DNA of 63,846 bases, counting the filler, from Reclinomonas americana ATCC 50394 (taxonomy: Eukaryota), in NCBI GenBank assembly GCA_048213135.1. It is 6 parts of 4 records of this genome, joined end to end, with 100 filler letters (N's around TTAATTAATTAA, not from the genome) between each part and the next. Parts side by side here need not be neighbours in the genome. Positions count along the whole stretch, not along the records: positions 1 to 16,255 come from PS015048.1; 5 more parts are not named here. The stretch is one strand, 5' to 3'. The position numbers and the translations under genes were made by a program. How positions within the stretch are numbered: the first letter of the stretch is position 1; each line of letters opens with the position of its first letter. The notes beneath the pieces were generated by a model that was not told the origin of the DNA, made no database searches, and saw only the letters and a program-made list of their open reading frames with translations. This document shows, piece after piece, positions 1 to 11,200 of the stretch.

Positions 1-888
1 CCGACGGCACCTCCAATGCCCATGCGCAACACCTTGGGTCGGAAGCCCTTGTAGCAGGCGGCCAGGCCCTCCTCGCGCGCAATCAGCACCAACGATTGCA
101 GTGTGTAGCGGTACTTGAGTGGCCCGCCGTTGGTGGCCTCGGGCAGTTGGCTCTGGAAGCGCGACTTGACCACATCAAACGGTGCGTTGAAGCACGTGGC
201 AAACACAGCGCCCAGGAAGCCCGCCACCAGCGTGATGCACAGGGAGCCAAATTTGCTTTCCGCTTGCGGAATGAACTGCATGCAAGGAGTGAGTCGACAA
301 GCAAGTGGCTTTTCGGAGGCAAACACGCACACACACACGCACCTGCTTCACACGATGCATGGTGCCAAAGTAGACGGCATTCCACACGCAGTTGCGCCAG
401 CACGTGGGCCCGAGACCGACAAGCAAGCCGCGCACGCCCTCGCCGCGCAGCGTTTGTCGGAGACAGTCAGTTGGCGTTGTGTAGCGGCCCAGATGCTCCT
501 TGGCCTGCAGACGGACCTTGATGACCTGGAACGGCGTCACCGTCAGCGCCTCAGTGTACCCCGAGGCAATGCCGGCCACGAGAGCCGTCATTGCCGAGTC
601 GCCCCACGAAGGCAGCGCCGCCAGTCGTGAACGCGTCATCTCGTACGTGGCATACATGACGCTGCTCTTCGGCACCATGCCCGCCAGCTCAGGCAACAGA
701 CCGCGGTACAGACGCGGAACACCGCCCTCCTGCAGCAGCAGGCGGATCGATTGCAACACACTGGGGTTGCTCTGCGCGTTCAGCTGATGCCGCGTCTTCA
801 CCATGTCAAACGGCTGCACAGAGAGGGCCTCGGCCACTCCCGCCACTGCACCGGCGATCGACAGCGCACTGGCCTCACTCAGCGGCAT
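1..888 (-). CDS. Mitochondrial carrier family protein, 2-oxodicarboxylate carrier (ODC/SLC25A21)-like; 3' end runs off the window
   Basis: ATG at 888. Three carrier signature repeats: PFDMVKTR, PFQVIKVR, PFDVVKSR. Also EGGVPRLYRGL and EEGLAACYKGF. A GT-AG intron at 276-342 restores the frame. Confidence 0.9.
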
Positions 889-1852
889 GGTTNNNNNNNN
901 NNNNNNNNNNNNNNNNNNNNNNNNNNNNNNNNNNNNNNNNNNNNNNNNNNNNNNNNNNNNNNNNNNNNNNNNNNNNNNNNNNNNNNNNNNNNNNNNNNNN
1001 NNNNNNNNNNNNNNNNNNNNNNNNNNNNNNNNNNNNNNNNNNNNNNNNNNNNNNNNNNNNNNNNNNNNNNNNNNNNNNNNNNNNNNNNNNNNNNNNNNNN
1101 NNNNNNNNNNNNNNNNNNNNNNNNNNNNNNNNNNNNNNNNNNNNNNNNNNNNNNNNNNNNNNNNNNNNNNNNNNNNNNNNNNNNNNNNNNNNNNNNNNNN
1201 NNNNNNNNNNNNNNNNNNNNNNNNNNNNNNNNNNNNNNNNNNNNNNNNNNNNNNNNNNNNNNNNNNNNNNNNNNNNNNNNNNNNNNNNNNNNNNNNNNNN
1301 NNNNNNNNNNNNNNNNNNNNNNNNNNNNNNNNNNNNNNNNNNNNNNNNNNNNNNNNNNNNNNNNNNNNNNNNNNNNNNNNNNNNNNNNNNNNNNNNNNNN
1401 NNNNNNNNNNNNNNNNNNNNNNNNNNNNNNNNNNNNNNNNNNNNNNNNNNNNNNNNNNNNNNNNNNNNNNNNNNNNNNNNNNNNNNNNNNNNNNNNNNNN
1501 NNNNNNNNNNNNNNNNNNNNNNNNNNNNNNNNNNNNNNNNNNNNNNNNNNNNNNNNNNNNNNNNNNNNNNNNNNNNNNNNNNNNNNNNNNNNNNNNNNNN
1601 NNNNNNNNNNNNNNNNNNNNNNNNNNNNNNNNNNNNNNNNNNNNNNNNNNNNNNNNNNNNNNNNNNNNNNNNNNNNNNNNNNNNNNNNNNNNNNNNNNNN
1701 NNNNNNNNNNNNNNNNNNNNNNNNNNNNNNNNNNNNNNNNNNNNNNNNNNNNNNNNNNNNNNNNNNNNNNNNNNNNNNNNNNNNNNNNNNNNNNNGCGCG
1801 TGTGTGAACAGACAGAGAGGGCGCGCGAGTGCACACTCATTGTCTCGTTGCA

Positions 1853-4800
1853 ATGCGGCCGGCAGCGCTTCTCCTCTTGGTGGTGGTGGTGGTGGTGCTC
1901 AGTGTGGGAGCACAGGGTGCAAATGTCACAGGTGAGTGGCTTGTGTGCGCGAGTGTGTGTGTGCGTGTGTGTGTGCTCACCCTCAACAACAACTGCTGAA
2001 AGGCACGGTCATCTCGTTTTCTCCGTTCCTCTCCGCCGGCTCCGCCAGCAGCAGCAGTAGCATCACAGTGACCGGTGTCAACCTGTACGACTCCACCGCC
2101 GGCGACAAGATCATCCTCAACCCGAGCACCACGCTTGCGCCGACGCCCGGCTGCACATTTGGTGGCACACAAGTGACGATCACCGACAGTGCCACGGCGC
2201 TCAACGGTGCCTCCGGCACCTCCACAGAGCACTATGGGAATCTGTCGACCCTCGCCACCGGCTTGTATCAGGTGTGCTACTTGTTCTCCACCGGGTCGGT
2301 GAGGTGCGTATCGGCGGCATTTAGATTGTGTGGTTTGATGAGTGTCTCCGTCGCTCATGTTCGATCTCCCGCCAGTCAAGTGGGGCAGGAGCTTCTGCGT
2401 GTGCCGACAGTGACAAGTTTCACGCCGACGACCATCCGTGCCAGTGACCCGGACGCCTTGATTATCGTGAGTGGCTCTGCGTTGCGAAACACCGATCAGG
2501 TGTTGATATCGACGGCGTCGTGCCCGACGACCTTGCCGCTGACTGGCACCGGCACGCTACTGCAAGGCACCATATACACGAATCCGCTGGAGGTGATCGA
2601 GGAGTGCATGTGCCTCGTTTCTCCTATCTCTCTTGCGTGTGGTCACTGACGCGTATGTGGACCGCAGACCCAACTGTACGCGACCTTTGGTGGCACGGGT
2701 CTGGCGGCGGGTGCCAGCTACAAGGTGTGCGTGATGTTCACCACGATTATCGGCTCGAAGGTTGCGTCGGCAGGCTACGTGACGCTGGGAGGCACACTGA
2801 CAGCCAGTGAGTGGTTTCTCGTTCTGTTTTTCCCCGTGTGTGGTGTCGCCCCCTCACATTTTCCTGTCTTAATGCAGCGGCGCCGGCCAGTCTAACGCTC
2901 ACCGCCATCACACCAAGCCGCATTCCCTTTATTGACCCAGGCGCCACACTGACCATTTCTGGCAGTGGCCTGAAAGCGCTTGATACGGTGGCATTCAGCA
3001 CCGTCAATACGTGCACGTCGGTCGTCACCGCCAGCGGTCCGCAGATCGAGTCATTCGACGGAGTTGCGGGATGCATCGCCATTTCGCACGTGTCTCTCTT
3101 TGCGCTCACGCTATGCGTTTCGGTTTCAGACCAACGGCCCCAACAAGATCCTGATTGTGACCCTCGGAGGTGCCGGTCTCAGTACGACCGGCACGTGGTT
3201 CGTGTGCTACACGCCGTACACGGTCAGCAGCGGCACCTACCTGTCATCCCATCCGTCGTTCTCTGTCGGTGTGTCGCCGGGTCTTGCGCACTGCACTGCC
3301 CTCGCAACTTTCTGCTTACTGCTTCCCGCGGCGCGCACAGTGTCGTACACGTCGTTCTCGCCCACGATGGTGTTGACCAACACGTCGACCATTACGCTCA
3401 CTGGCGTCGGCGGAACTACTGCCGACAAGGCATTTGCATTTGCAGGTTCATACTGCTTCTGCTTCCGCTCTGCTGTGCGCTGCTGATTGCACAGTCGCTG
3501 AGCAGGCTACGACTGTCCGCACGCCACCGATACCACGTTTACCACCTACAGCATCAATGCCTCCAGTGTTTTCACATTGACGACCACGGGCATGCCGGCC
3601 TCGGTTCCACGTGCGTGCGCGTGAGACTGTATGCACCCTCCTCGCCGTCGCTGAACGCTTCTGCTTGTTGTTGACAGCCACCGGTGGAGCTTACACGGTG
3701 TGCGTACTGGTGGGAGGCACAGTTGCCGGTGGCGTGCTCACCCTCGCACTCTGGAACAATGGTGCGGGCTACACTCGTACGGCTGGCACCTTCAGCTTGC
3801 TGGGTGGCTCCGGTTCCGGTGCCACGGCGACGCTGGCTGTGAGCTCGGGACTCTACACCACTGCCACAGTCAGCGTTGCGGGCGCCAACTACGTGTATGG
3901 TGACGTTCTCACCGTGTCGGACACGAATGGCGGAGCACAGTTCGTTGTGACTGCAACTACTTCTGGCAACAACTGGAGGAAGGTCGGCAACACTGCCAAC
4001 CCGCCAGTGCCACTTGCTCTCGGTGCGGGCGCTGTTGTTGTATGTTGCCAATTTGCTTGTAGCACCACTCTGACAGACTGTGTGTGTTGCTGCAGTGGGC
4101 ACGTTTCAACCTCGAAGCATTCCCGAGAGTGCATCGGTGACACTCACCATCACATACAACGCTCTGGCCAACTCCGACACCATCTCCCTCAGCTCGTCGA
4201 CTTCGTGCACGAGTCTCATTACCCTGTGCACCATTACCAACGCCTCCAACAATGTCGGTTTGTGCACCACCAACTCGATTGCGACTGCCAAGGCGTACTA
4301 CGTGTGCGCCACTGTGCCAACAAAGGGCTTGTATCCACTGAACGGGACCTATGATCCCCTCATTGTTGGCAAGTGTGGGGTGCGTGCCAAGAAGTGGTGT
4401 CCTTGTTTTGAGTGTGACCCCTTTCTCATGTGCTGAACACGTGTGCAGTGGTACAACACGAACTTCCGCCCCACCCAGTACAGCAACACGGTGCCCAACA
4501 TTCCATGGAAGGCGCAGACCAGTGGAGCGTGCGCCGGCGACACCACCATGTCCACCAATGGCTGCAGTTGGTTCGTCAGTGAGCGGAAGAGCACACACTT
4601 CTGCAGTGCCTTACACGTCAGTGTCAGGTGCGCGTACACGACGGTGAATCCGCTCGGCTACTTGCCTGTCAAGGCACAGATGACACAGCTGCGCGGCGTG
4701 TGTGTCAATGCTGCCGCCTCGTGCTCGGCGGCCAATCTCACCGCCACAATGGTGAACCACAAGAGCGGCGTGGATTTGACCTCCTGGCAGGTGAGTCCAT

Positions 4801-7044
4801 TGCGCTCGCCGTTGTGTCGCCCAGCGTGATTGCAACATCTCACGCCTCTGTCGCAGGACGCCGTCACGGTGTATCCACCGGTCAGTCTCTGTCACGGTCC
4901 ACTGACCATTCCTTTGGTTCGCTCACACGTCACCACACGCCACAGTACAATAAGAACCACGAGAACGGCGAGCAGGTGCTGGAGGAGGTGTTCCCCAACC
5001 GCTTTGCGTACTACAAGATCACACCGCAACATCGCTACTATGATCTGCACGTCATGGTGGCCACAAACGATTACCTCGGACTCGGAGACAATTTGGACCT
5101 GTACATTAGGCGCGGTTCACTGCCGACGCTCGCTTTCTTTGATTTCACCTCGATCCGGGAGAGCAACCCGTGGTCCATCGATGTCTATGCGGAGGATTTC
5201 AAGAGTGCGCACGCACTTTTCGCTTGACGCGTCTCCCCTCGTCTCATCTTGCATGTGTTTACAGCGAATGGACTGTGCACGTCCACTGGGTGCCAGACGT
5301 ACTACATTGGAGTGTATGGAGACAATCAGTTCCCACAAAGGAGCGGTGCCTCCCAGTTCCAGCTGCAAGTCTGGTTGGGTATGTTGTTGTCAGACGAACG
5401 CCGACATGGAATGCCAAGGAAGAGCTTGCTCATGCGCTCGCACGTGCAGACATGAACATTACCGACTTCAAGTGCGCCGATGCGACGGGTGCCGCTGCAG
5501 TCAGTGTCGGCACGCCATCCACCATGGTGACCGTCGGCAACTGTCTGCTCCTCAAGGATCGCACTGGCACCACGACGTTGCTACAGACGGTGGCCACCAG
5601 CACTGGATCGCAGGCTGCTCACTTGCCGGTGTCGGTGCGTTTGTGCTGCTGCCGCCCTCTGACCTCTCCGAGCTAAGCTGGGTGTGTCGCGTAGTTTGTG
5701 TTTGACGACATTACGCCGATGCCCAACCGAGTCATGCGACTCACACAGCAGAAAGCCGGCAGCGTGCTGCTGCTCACCGACAGACATCACCGCAGTGGCG
5801 TGTGGCATACCACCCCACTGTACCTGAAGATGGGTTTCGAGGTGCACTTTTCCTTCCGCATCCACAATCCGGGCATGTGCAATGGCCTGGATGGGTTCGT
5901 ATTCATCATCTACTCCGACTTCTTCATCTCTCTCTTTCTCCCTCACCACCACCACCACCACCACCACCACCATCGATGCAGGTTCTGTGCCGGTGGCGAC
6001 GGATTTGCGTTGGTTTTCCAAAAGGATATTACATCGACCAACAAGGGTGTGCTGCCGACGTCCTGGAGTGGCGCTGCCAGCAACACAGTGGGCAAGGGAC
6101 TCGGCTACGAGGGCATGAGCGACATTGTGGCCATCGAGTTTGACACTTGGGTAGGCGATTGACTGTCTAGCTCTGTCTGGTTTTTTCGCTACCAGCGCAC
6201 ACTCGCTCACTCGCTGTGAATCAAATCGCGCAGTTCTCCAAGGACTACTACGATCCAAAACAGGTGAGCCCACGGTCAGTGTCGCCCTCGTTTTCACGTG
6301 TGCACTGACTCGTACCGCCTGCGCGCCGCAGGGAATGGACAATTGGTGGATCAACGCCACCGAGTACGTCAGCTACGCCGACAATCATGTGGGAGGTTCG
6401 TACAGTCGCCCCCGTCATTATCCCTGCCGACTGCTCCGTTGCTGATTTCGCGCATGCTTCTCGATGCGGCGAGTGCAGTGTTTTCCTCCCTCTCGGGCAC
6501 GGCCATCTCTGCCGATCATTCGTCGACGAGCCATGTGACGTCGACTGCGTCGATCCCCAACATCTCCGACGGTCAAGTTCACACGGTGCAAGTGTGGTGC
6601 GTCGCAGTCTGTAGCCTGCGCCTGGGCCCGCAGAGGAGGAAGCACTCACTCCACGTGTGGGGCAGGTACATGCCGGCCATGTTTGGGCGTGCCGGAACCA
6701 TCACCGTGTTTATCGATAATATGCAATCGCCGGTGCTGGTGGCCAACCTCACCCTGGACTCGGCGTATTCGTGGCACCATTTACAGCAAAGAGTTTCGTG
6801 GAGGAGACGACTGCCCCACAAGAACAACTCGATTGCTGACACAAGATGTGTGCGTACAGGGCATCCTCAGTGGCACCGGCTTCGGGTACATGGGTTTCAC
6901 GGGTGCGGTCGGCGACGTCACACAAGACGTCGACATTCTCTCCTGGTCGTTCTGTTCCAAACAGTTGCGTGCACGCCCGTGGGAAGTGTTTCAACACGTG
7001 AACTCACTGTATGACTTGTGAGCAGTGGTTGTGTGGCGTACTAA
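1853..7044 (+). CDS. Large secreted protein: signal peptide, several Cys-containing IPT/Ig-like repeats, PSI-like, PPC-like and C-terminal L-type (legume-like) lectin domain; about 23 introns
   Basis: Signal peptide MRPAALLLLVVVVVVLSVGAQG. Repeats of the form TSFTPTTI..VSGS..D.V..C..Y.VC. PSI-like GCSWC..GVC. PPC-like DLYIRRGSLPT..YYIGVYG. Lectin motifs GGDGFALVFQ, VAIEFDTW, DNHVGV, DGQVHTV, GYMGFTG..ILSWSF. The last exon ends KHGCVAY* (TAA at 7042-7044). Confidence 0.85.
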
Positions 7045-7062
7045 GAAGATTGGGAGGTGTGG

Positions 7063-8798
7063 ATGGTGGTGAATGAAGAGAGTTTAAGGAACACCGTCCT
7101 GTGTCGTTTCACACGTCTAGTCGGCGCCGCCGTGATTGCTGCGACAATGGCCATGTTGTACTCGCCCGCATGGCAGCCAGTGTCACTGTTCATGGTCAAC
7201 TATGCCGGCAGTGTGGTCTTCACTGGACTCGTGGGATTTGTGCTGCTGCGCTGCTTGCATGCAATGGCTGCAACTGTCGCCTCGCCTCCCACGCGAAATG
7301 ACGAGCCGCTTAGCGTGCTCGCAGTGTGGCGCATGGGTGGAGGAGAGAAAACACTGCGTTCTGGTGCATTCGCCATCTTTGTGGCCACGGGTGCGCTGAT
7401 TGCTGTGTGGCCACACGCAATCATCCGCTTGTTTGACATTGATCATGCCGTGTCGCTGCTCTACAATGGCATCATGTACACGTTTGCGCTGTTGAAGGTG
7501 CTGGAGTTGTGTGTTGGCGCGCTGCCGATGCGCCTCACGTGGCCACCGCCGTCGGAGCAGAGCAGTGGTAGTTCGGCGCAGCCTGCACCACTCTTGCCAT
7601 CGTCATCATCCTCATCATCATCGACGACCAGCTTCAAGCTCGTTTCGAAACTGAGACCACCGACTGCGTCGGCGACGCCCACAGCCGCGTACCTGGCAAG
7701 GCAGCGCCCCGCACCCCGCATGCTCCCGTTCGTGGTGTACTACATCAGTATCATCGAGCCGCAGTTCCATCCACAGGATCGCAGCAAGGCACTGCGACCG
7801 GCGCCTCTCTCCTTGCTTTTCCGCAAGCTCGGTCTGTGCGTCCTCAAGGGCACCGCCAGTGTGTTCCTCATGTCAGTGGCGAGGCCGACGCACTACAACC
7901 CGTTCAACTGGTGGATTCTCAACAATACATTTCAGGTTTGGTGGCGTCACAATCACGAAGCACTCTGTGCAATGTGAGGAGTTGCTGAGGCGCGCACTTG
8001 TGTGTTGGCGAGAACAGGGCACCATCGTCTACTTTATGCTGTCCATGGTGATGGACATGGCGTCGGTGATCATGATTGGCATGACGTTTACACCCATGGA
8101 CTGCATGCGCAATCCGCTGCTGATGTCGACGTCGCCAGTGGACTTTTGGAGTCGTCGCTGGAATCTCATGGTGCACGGTGGGTTGTACACGTGCTCGCTC
8201 TCTCGTTACGCCCCCACATCGCCTGTTGCGTGCTTATGTGTGGTGGTGAATCGGCAGGCATGCTGAAGCGACTCGTGTTCGTGCCCGCTGTGCAATCCAC
8301 GTGGTTGCAGCGACTGGTGCCGTCGTCGGAGGGCGCGCGTCGTGTGCTGGCTGGCCTGCTGACGTTTTTGTGCAGTGCACTGATGCATGAGTACAGTTGC
8401 GTGGCGCCGCAGTTGATGCACACGTGAGGATTGGCGATGCTGACAAAACATCATTGTACGTAGTGTGGCAGATCGTGCTGTGGCGCTGCACCGAGTGCCG
8501 CTTCGGGCGTGTCGGCCTGTTCTTCCTGTTGCAGGGTGCATTCTGTTGCACACAGGGCATACTGAGCGCCATCGGCAACCACGGCAACAGCGTGCTGTCT
8601 CGTGCCATTCGCCGCTTTCAAGCGCTTCCTCCTCCACTCCGACGCCTGCTCGGCACGCTGACCACTGCTGCCCTGATTGCACCCACCGTGCACCTTTTTA
8701 CGGGTGACTTGATCCGTGGCGGAGTTCTCGATGGGTTCGCAGCGGTGCTACCGAGGTTAGAGTGGGTCAGTCTGGCCACGAGCGTCGTGAAGGAGTGA
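7063..8798 (+). CDS. MBOAT family membrane O-acyltransferase (wax synthase/MBOAT_2-like)
   Basis: Multiple hydrophobic segments. Motifs MRNPLLMSTSPVDFWSRRWNL, TFLCSALMHEY (catalytic His) and FFLLQG. Three introns. The start could alternatively be 7147. Confidence 0.88.
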
Positions 8799-8851
8799 AT
8801 GGAAAGGAAACTTCACGGTTGTCCCACCCGAGTTTGTCGAGATCATCCTCA

Positions 8852-9194
8852 ATGTTGCGCGCTTGTCGCATGGTGCCGCGTGGAATGCTGCCTCGCGCAG
8901 TGCATCGCTTTTCCGGTGTGGCGACCGAGGAGCCGCCACAAATGCCACGAGAACCCTCCCCAAGTTGAGAATGCATCGCATCAACATCTCTGCACACACA
9001 CACACACAGCTGAAACGTGTCGCGCAGACGAATGCTGCGGAGTTGGTTGTCAGAACTGTGTATGGATCTTGTACTTTGAGAAACTGCAACGCTATCAGGA
9101 GGCCGTCGCCGAGTGGGAGCGGACCCATCCGTCATCATCATCTTCATCATCTTCGTCTCCTCCTCCGCCATCGCCGCCTTCCAGTGACGATTGA
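8852..9194 (+). CDS. Oxidoreductase-like domain protein (OXLD1-like) with probable mitochondrial presequence
   Basis: Arg-rich N-terminus MLRACRMVPRG. After removing the intron starting at 8964 the protein reads [26 protein letters not shown], matching the CCxxGCxxCVW motif. Confidence 0.8.
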
Positions 9195-11060
9195 TCAGTG
9201 GTCTGTCTTGGCCCATCCGGGGAGGGTGTGAGGCCAGTCGCGGCAGAGACCAAGGAACAGCCCGTGATCGCGGGCCTGTGATGCCACTGCTGAGTTCACA
9301 CACACATGCGCGCTTTCGAGAGACGGGTCGTACCTTCGCAACAGCGGCGGCCGCCTGACTGGAGGTCGACGTGAGGTAGCGCCAATCGCGTGCCGCCAGG
9401 GCGTCGTTGATGGTCAGCAGCACGGCGACGAGATCGTCAGCCGTCGAGCAGTGGCTGCGTGCGACAAGCTCGCTTTCGAAAATGTCATTGCGCAGGTTGG
9501 CTTCGTTGACGTGCGGCAGCCTGTGTGCGCGTGTCTGTGAGTAGCGGGGCGCAACGTGACGGGGGGTGGCAAGTGGGGCGACACACTTGCAGCGTTGGCT
9601 CTGTGAAAACATCTTCGGGAAGCGCTCGGACATTGTAGTCACGGCCGCCTCAATGATGCTCTTTTGCTCCGGTGCAATGGCGTCGGGCATGTCAATCTGT
9701 GCATGCGCGCGCGAGTGTATGTGTTTAAACGAGGGCGATCAATGGTGGACTGCCGACATGTGACGCGCACCTCCTTCACGGGCTGCGCCCTGTTGACCTC
9801 CAGGAACAGCTTCTTGATGTCGTGGTCGCTGGTCACCGGGTACACTTGCACTGTGGGGTGCGAGTCAGCAACTGGGTTTGCACGTACGCCTCTCTCGCGC
9901 GCTCTCCCGCTCTCGCATCTCACCGAGCACATCGCCAACGGGAGCCGAGGCGTGTCGCTCCTGGAGTAGCAGGCGGAGGGCGCCGATTCGGTGCTGGCCG
10001 TCCACGATGGCGCGCACCTGCAGCACCTCGTAGCGGTCGACGGAGCCACTGCCGCTCGCCTCTTCCGCGTCGCTGCGGATGGAGTAGTCGAACACCAGAA
10101 TGGAGCCGGGAAAGTGTGGGTCCTGGCGCTTATGCGCGGCGATTTGACGCAGTCGTGCCGGGTCGCAGCGACGCTGGCCGCACCACGGCGGCACCTCACG
10201 CAGCAAGCGCGTCGGATCGGAGCGGAATAGCAGGCAGCGACCCATGTCGGCCAGCAGGGTGCCGTAGATGGGGTGCTGCGTGCCGGGGGCCATCACAGAC
10301 ACTGGCAGTGTCTTGTTGGTGGCCGGTGTGGTGTCGGTCGCGGCCGGCGCCGGGCAGAAGCTGACACTGCGCTGACGGCTGCGTGCCGTGAGCAGTGGTC
10401 GCTGAGGTGCCGGCACGCTGGTGGCCATGGATTCCGCCGGCGGTGTTGCGGTAGCCGTCGTGGGGATGGCACATGTCGACGCACTGTCGTCGGTGTGGAT
10501 CGCGGGCGCCGGAACGATTGTTGTTGTCGACACGTGGCTCGGCCCGTGTACACCGCTGGCCTGCTGACGGCGTGTGCGAATGCGAGGGATAGGAGTGCGC
10601 GGCAGCATGTGCGCCGGCGCAAAGACCTGGTCCGCATCGACGTCGACGAACGAGTGGCTTTCGTCGTCGGTGGCGGCACTGGCGACCGATGAGTCGCTGT
10701 CGGTCGCACGCGACGTGTCGTGGGCGTCTGTGACATTGGCGAGTGAGCGTGTTAGACAGAGGTGCGTGGAATTGAGCGGAACTCACCGACAGAGGCCGAG
10801 CTGTCCAGCAGGAGCTCCTTCAGGTCCAACTCGCCGAGTTCTGCCGTCAACTCGTGGAACAGCAGCGCGTCATCCATGCTCGGCTGCACCGCATCGTCTC
10901 CGGTGTCTGCTTTCCCGACCAGCAGTGTGTCGGTGATGCTGGCGTCGGCGCTGGCACGACGACGGCGGCGGCGAGGGCGGTTTCGAGGAGGCTGCGTCGG
11001 AGCTAGCGCTGGCATGTGGCTGTCGACCGGAGACTTGGTGGTGTGCCGGCGTCGGGCCAT
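9195..11060 (-). CDS. DGQHR/ParB-Srx-like domain protein with a low-complexity N-terminus; 5 introns
   Basis: Motifs WCGQRRCDPARLRQI, PGSILVF, IVDGQHR, KKLFLEVNRAQPVKEIDMP, PHVNEANLRNDIF and KARDHGLFLGL. All introns are GT-AG and frame-consistent. Confidence 0.8.
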
Positions 11061-11200
11061 CTGCGTGGTGTTGAGTGAACGGCGTGTTTGGAATGCAGAG
11101 GGGAGGACGTGGTACCGTTGTGTGATTCGTCACGTCGTGCAGTGGCTGTCGCTTTGGCGCCGGTGCTCTGCAGGCGACGATGACATGAAAGGGAGAGAGA

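Noticed and set aside
893-1795. ORFs spanning N runs, here and at the other gaps
   Set aside because: Their length is an artefact of X translation through assembly gaps.
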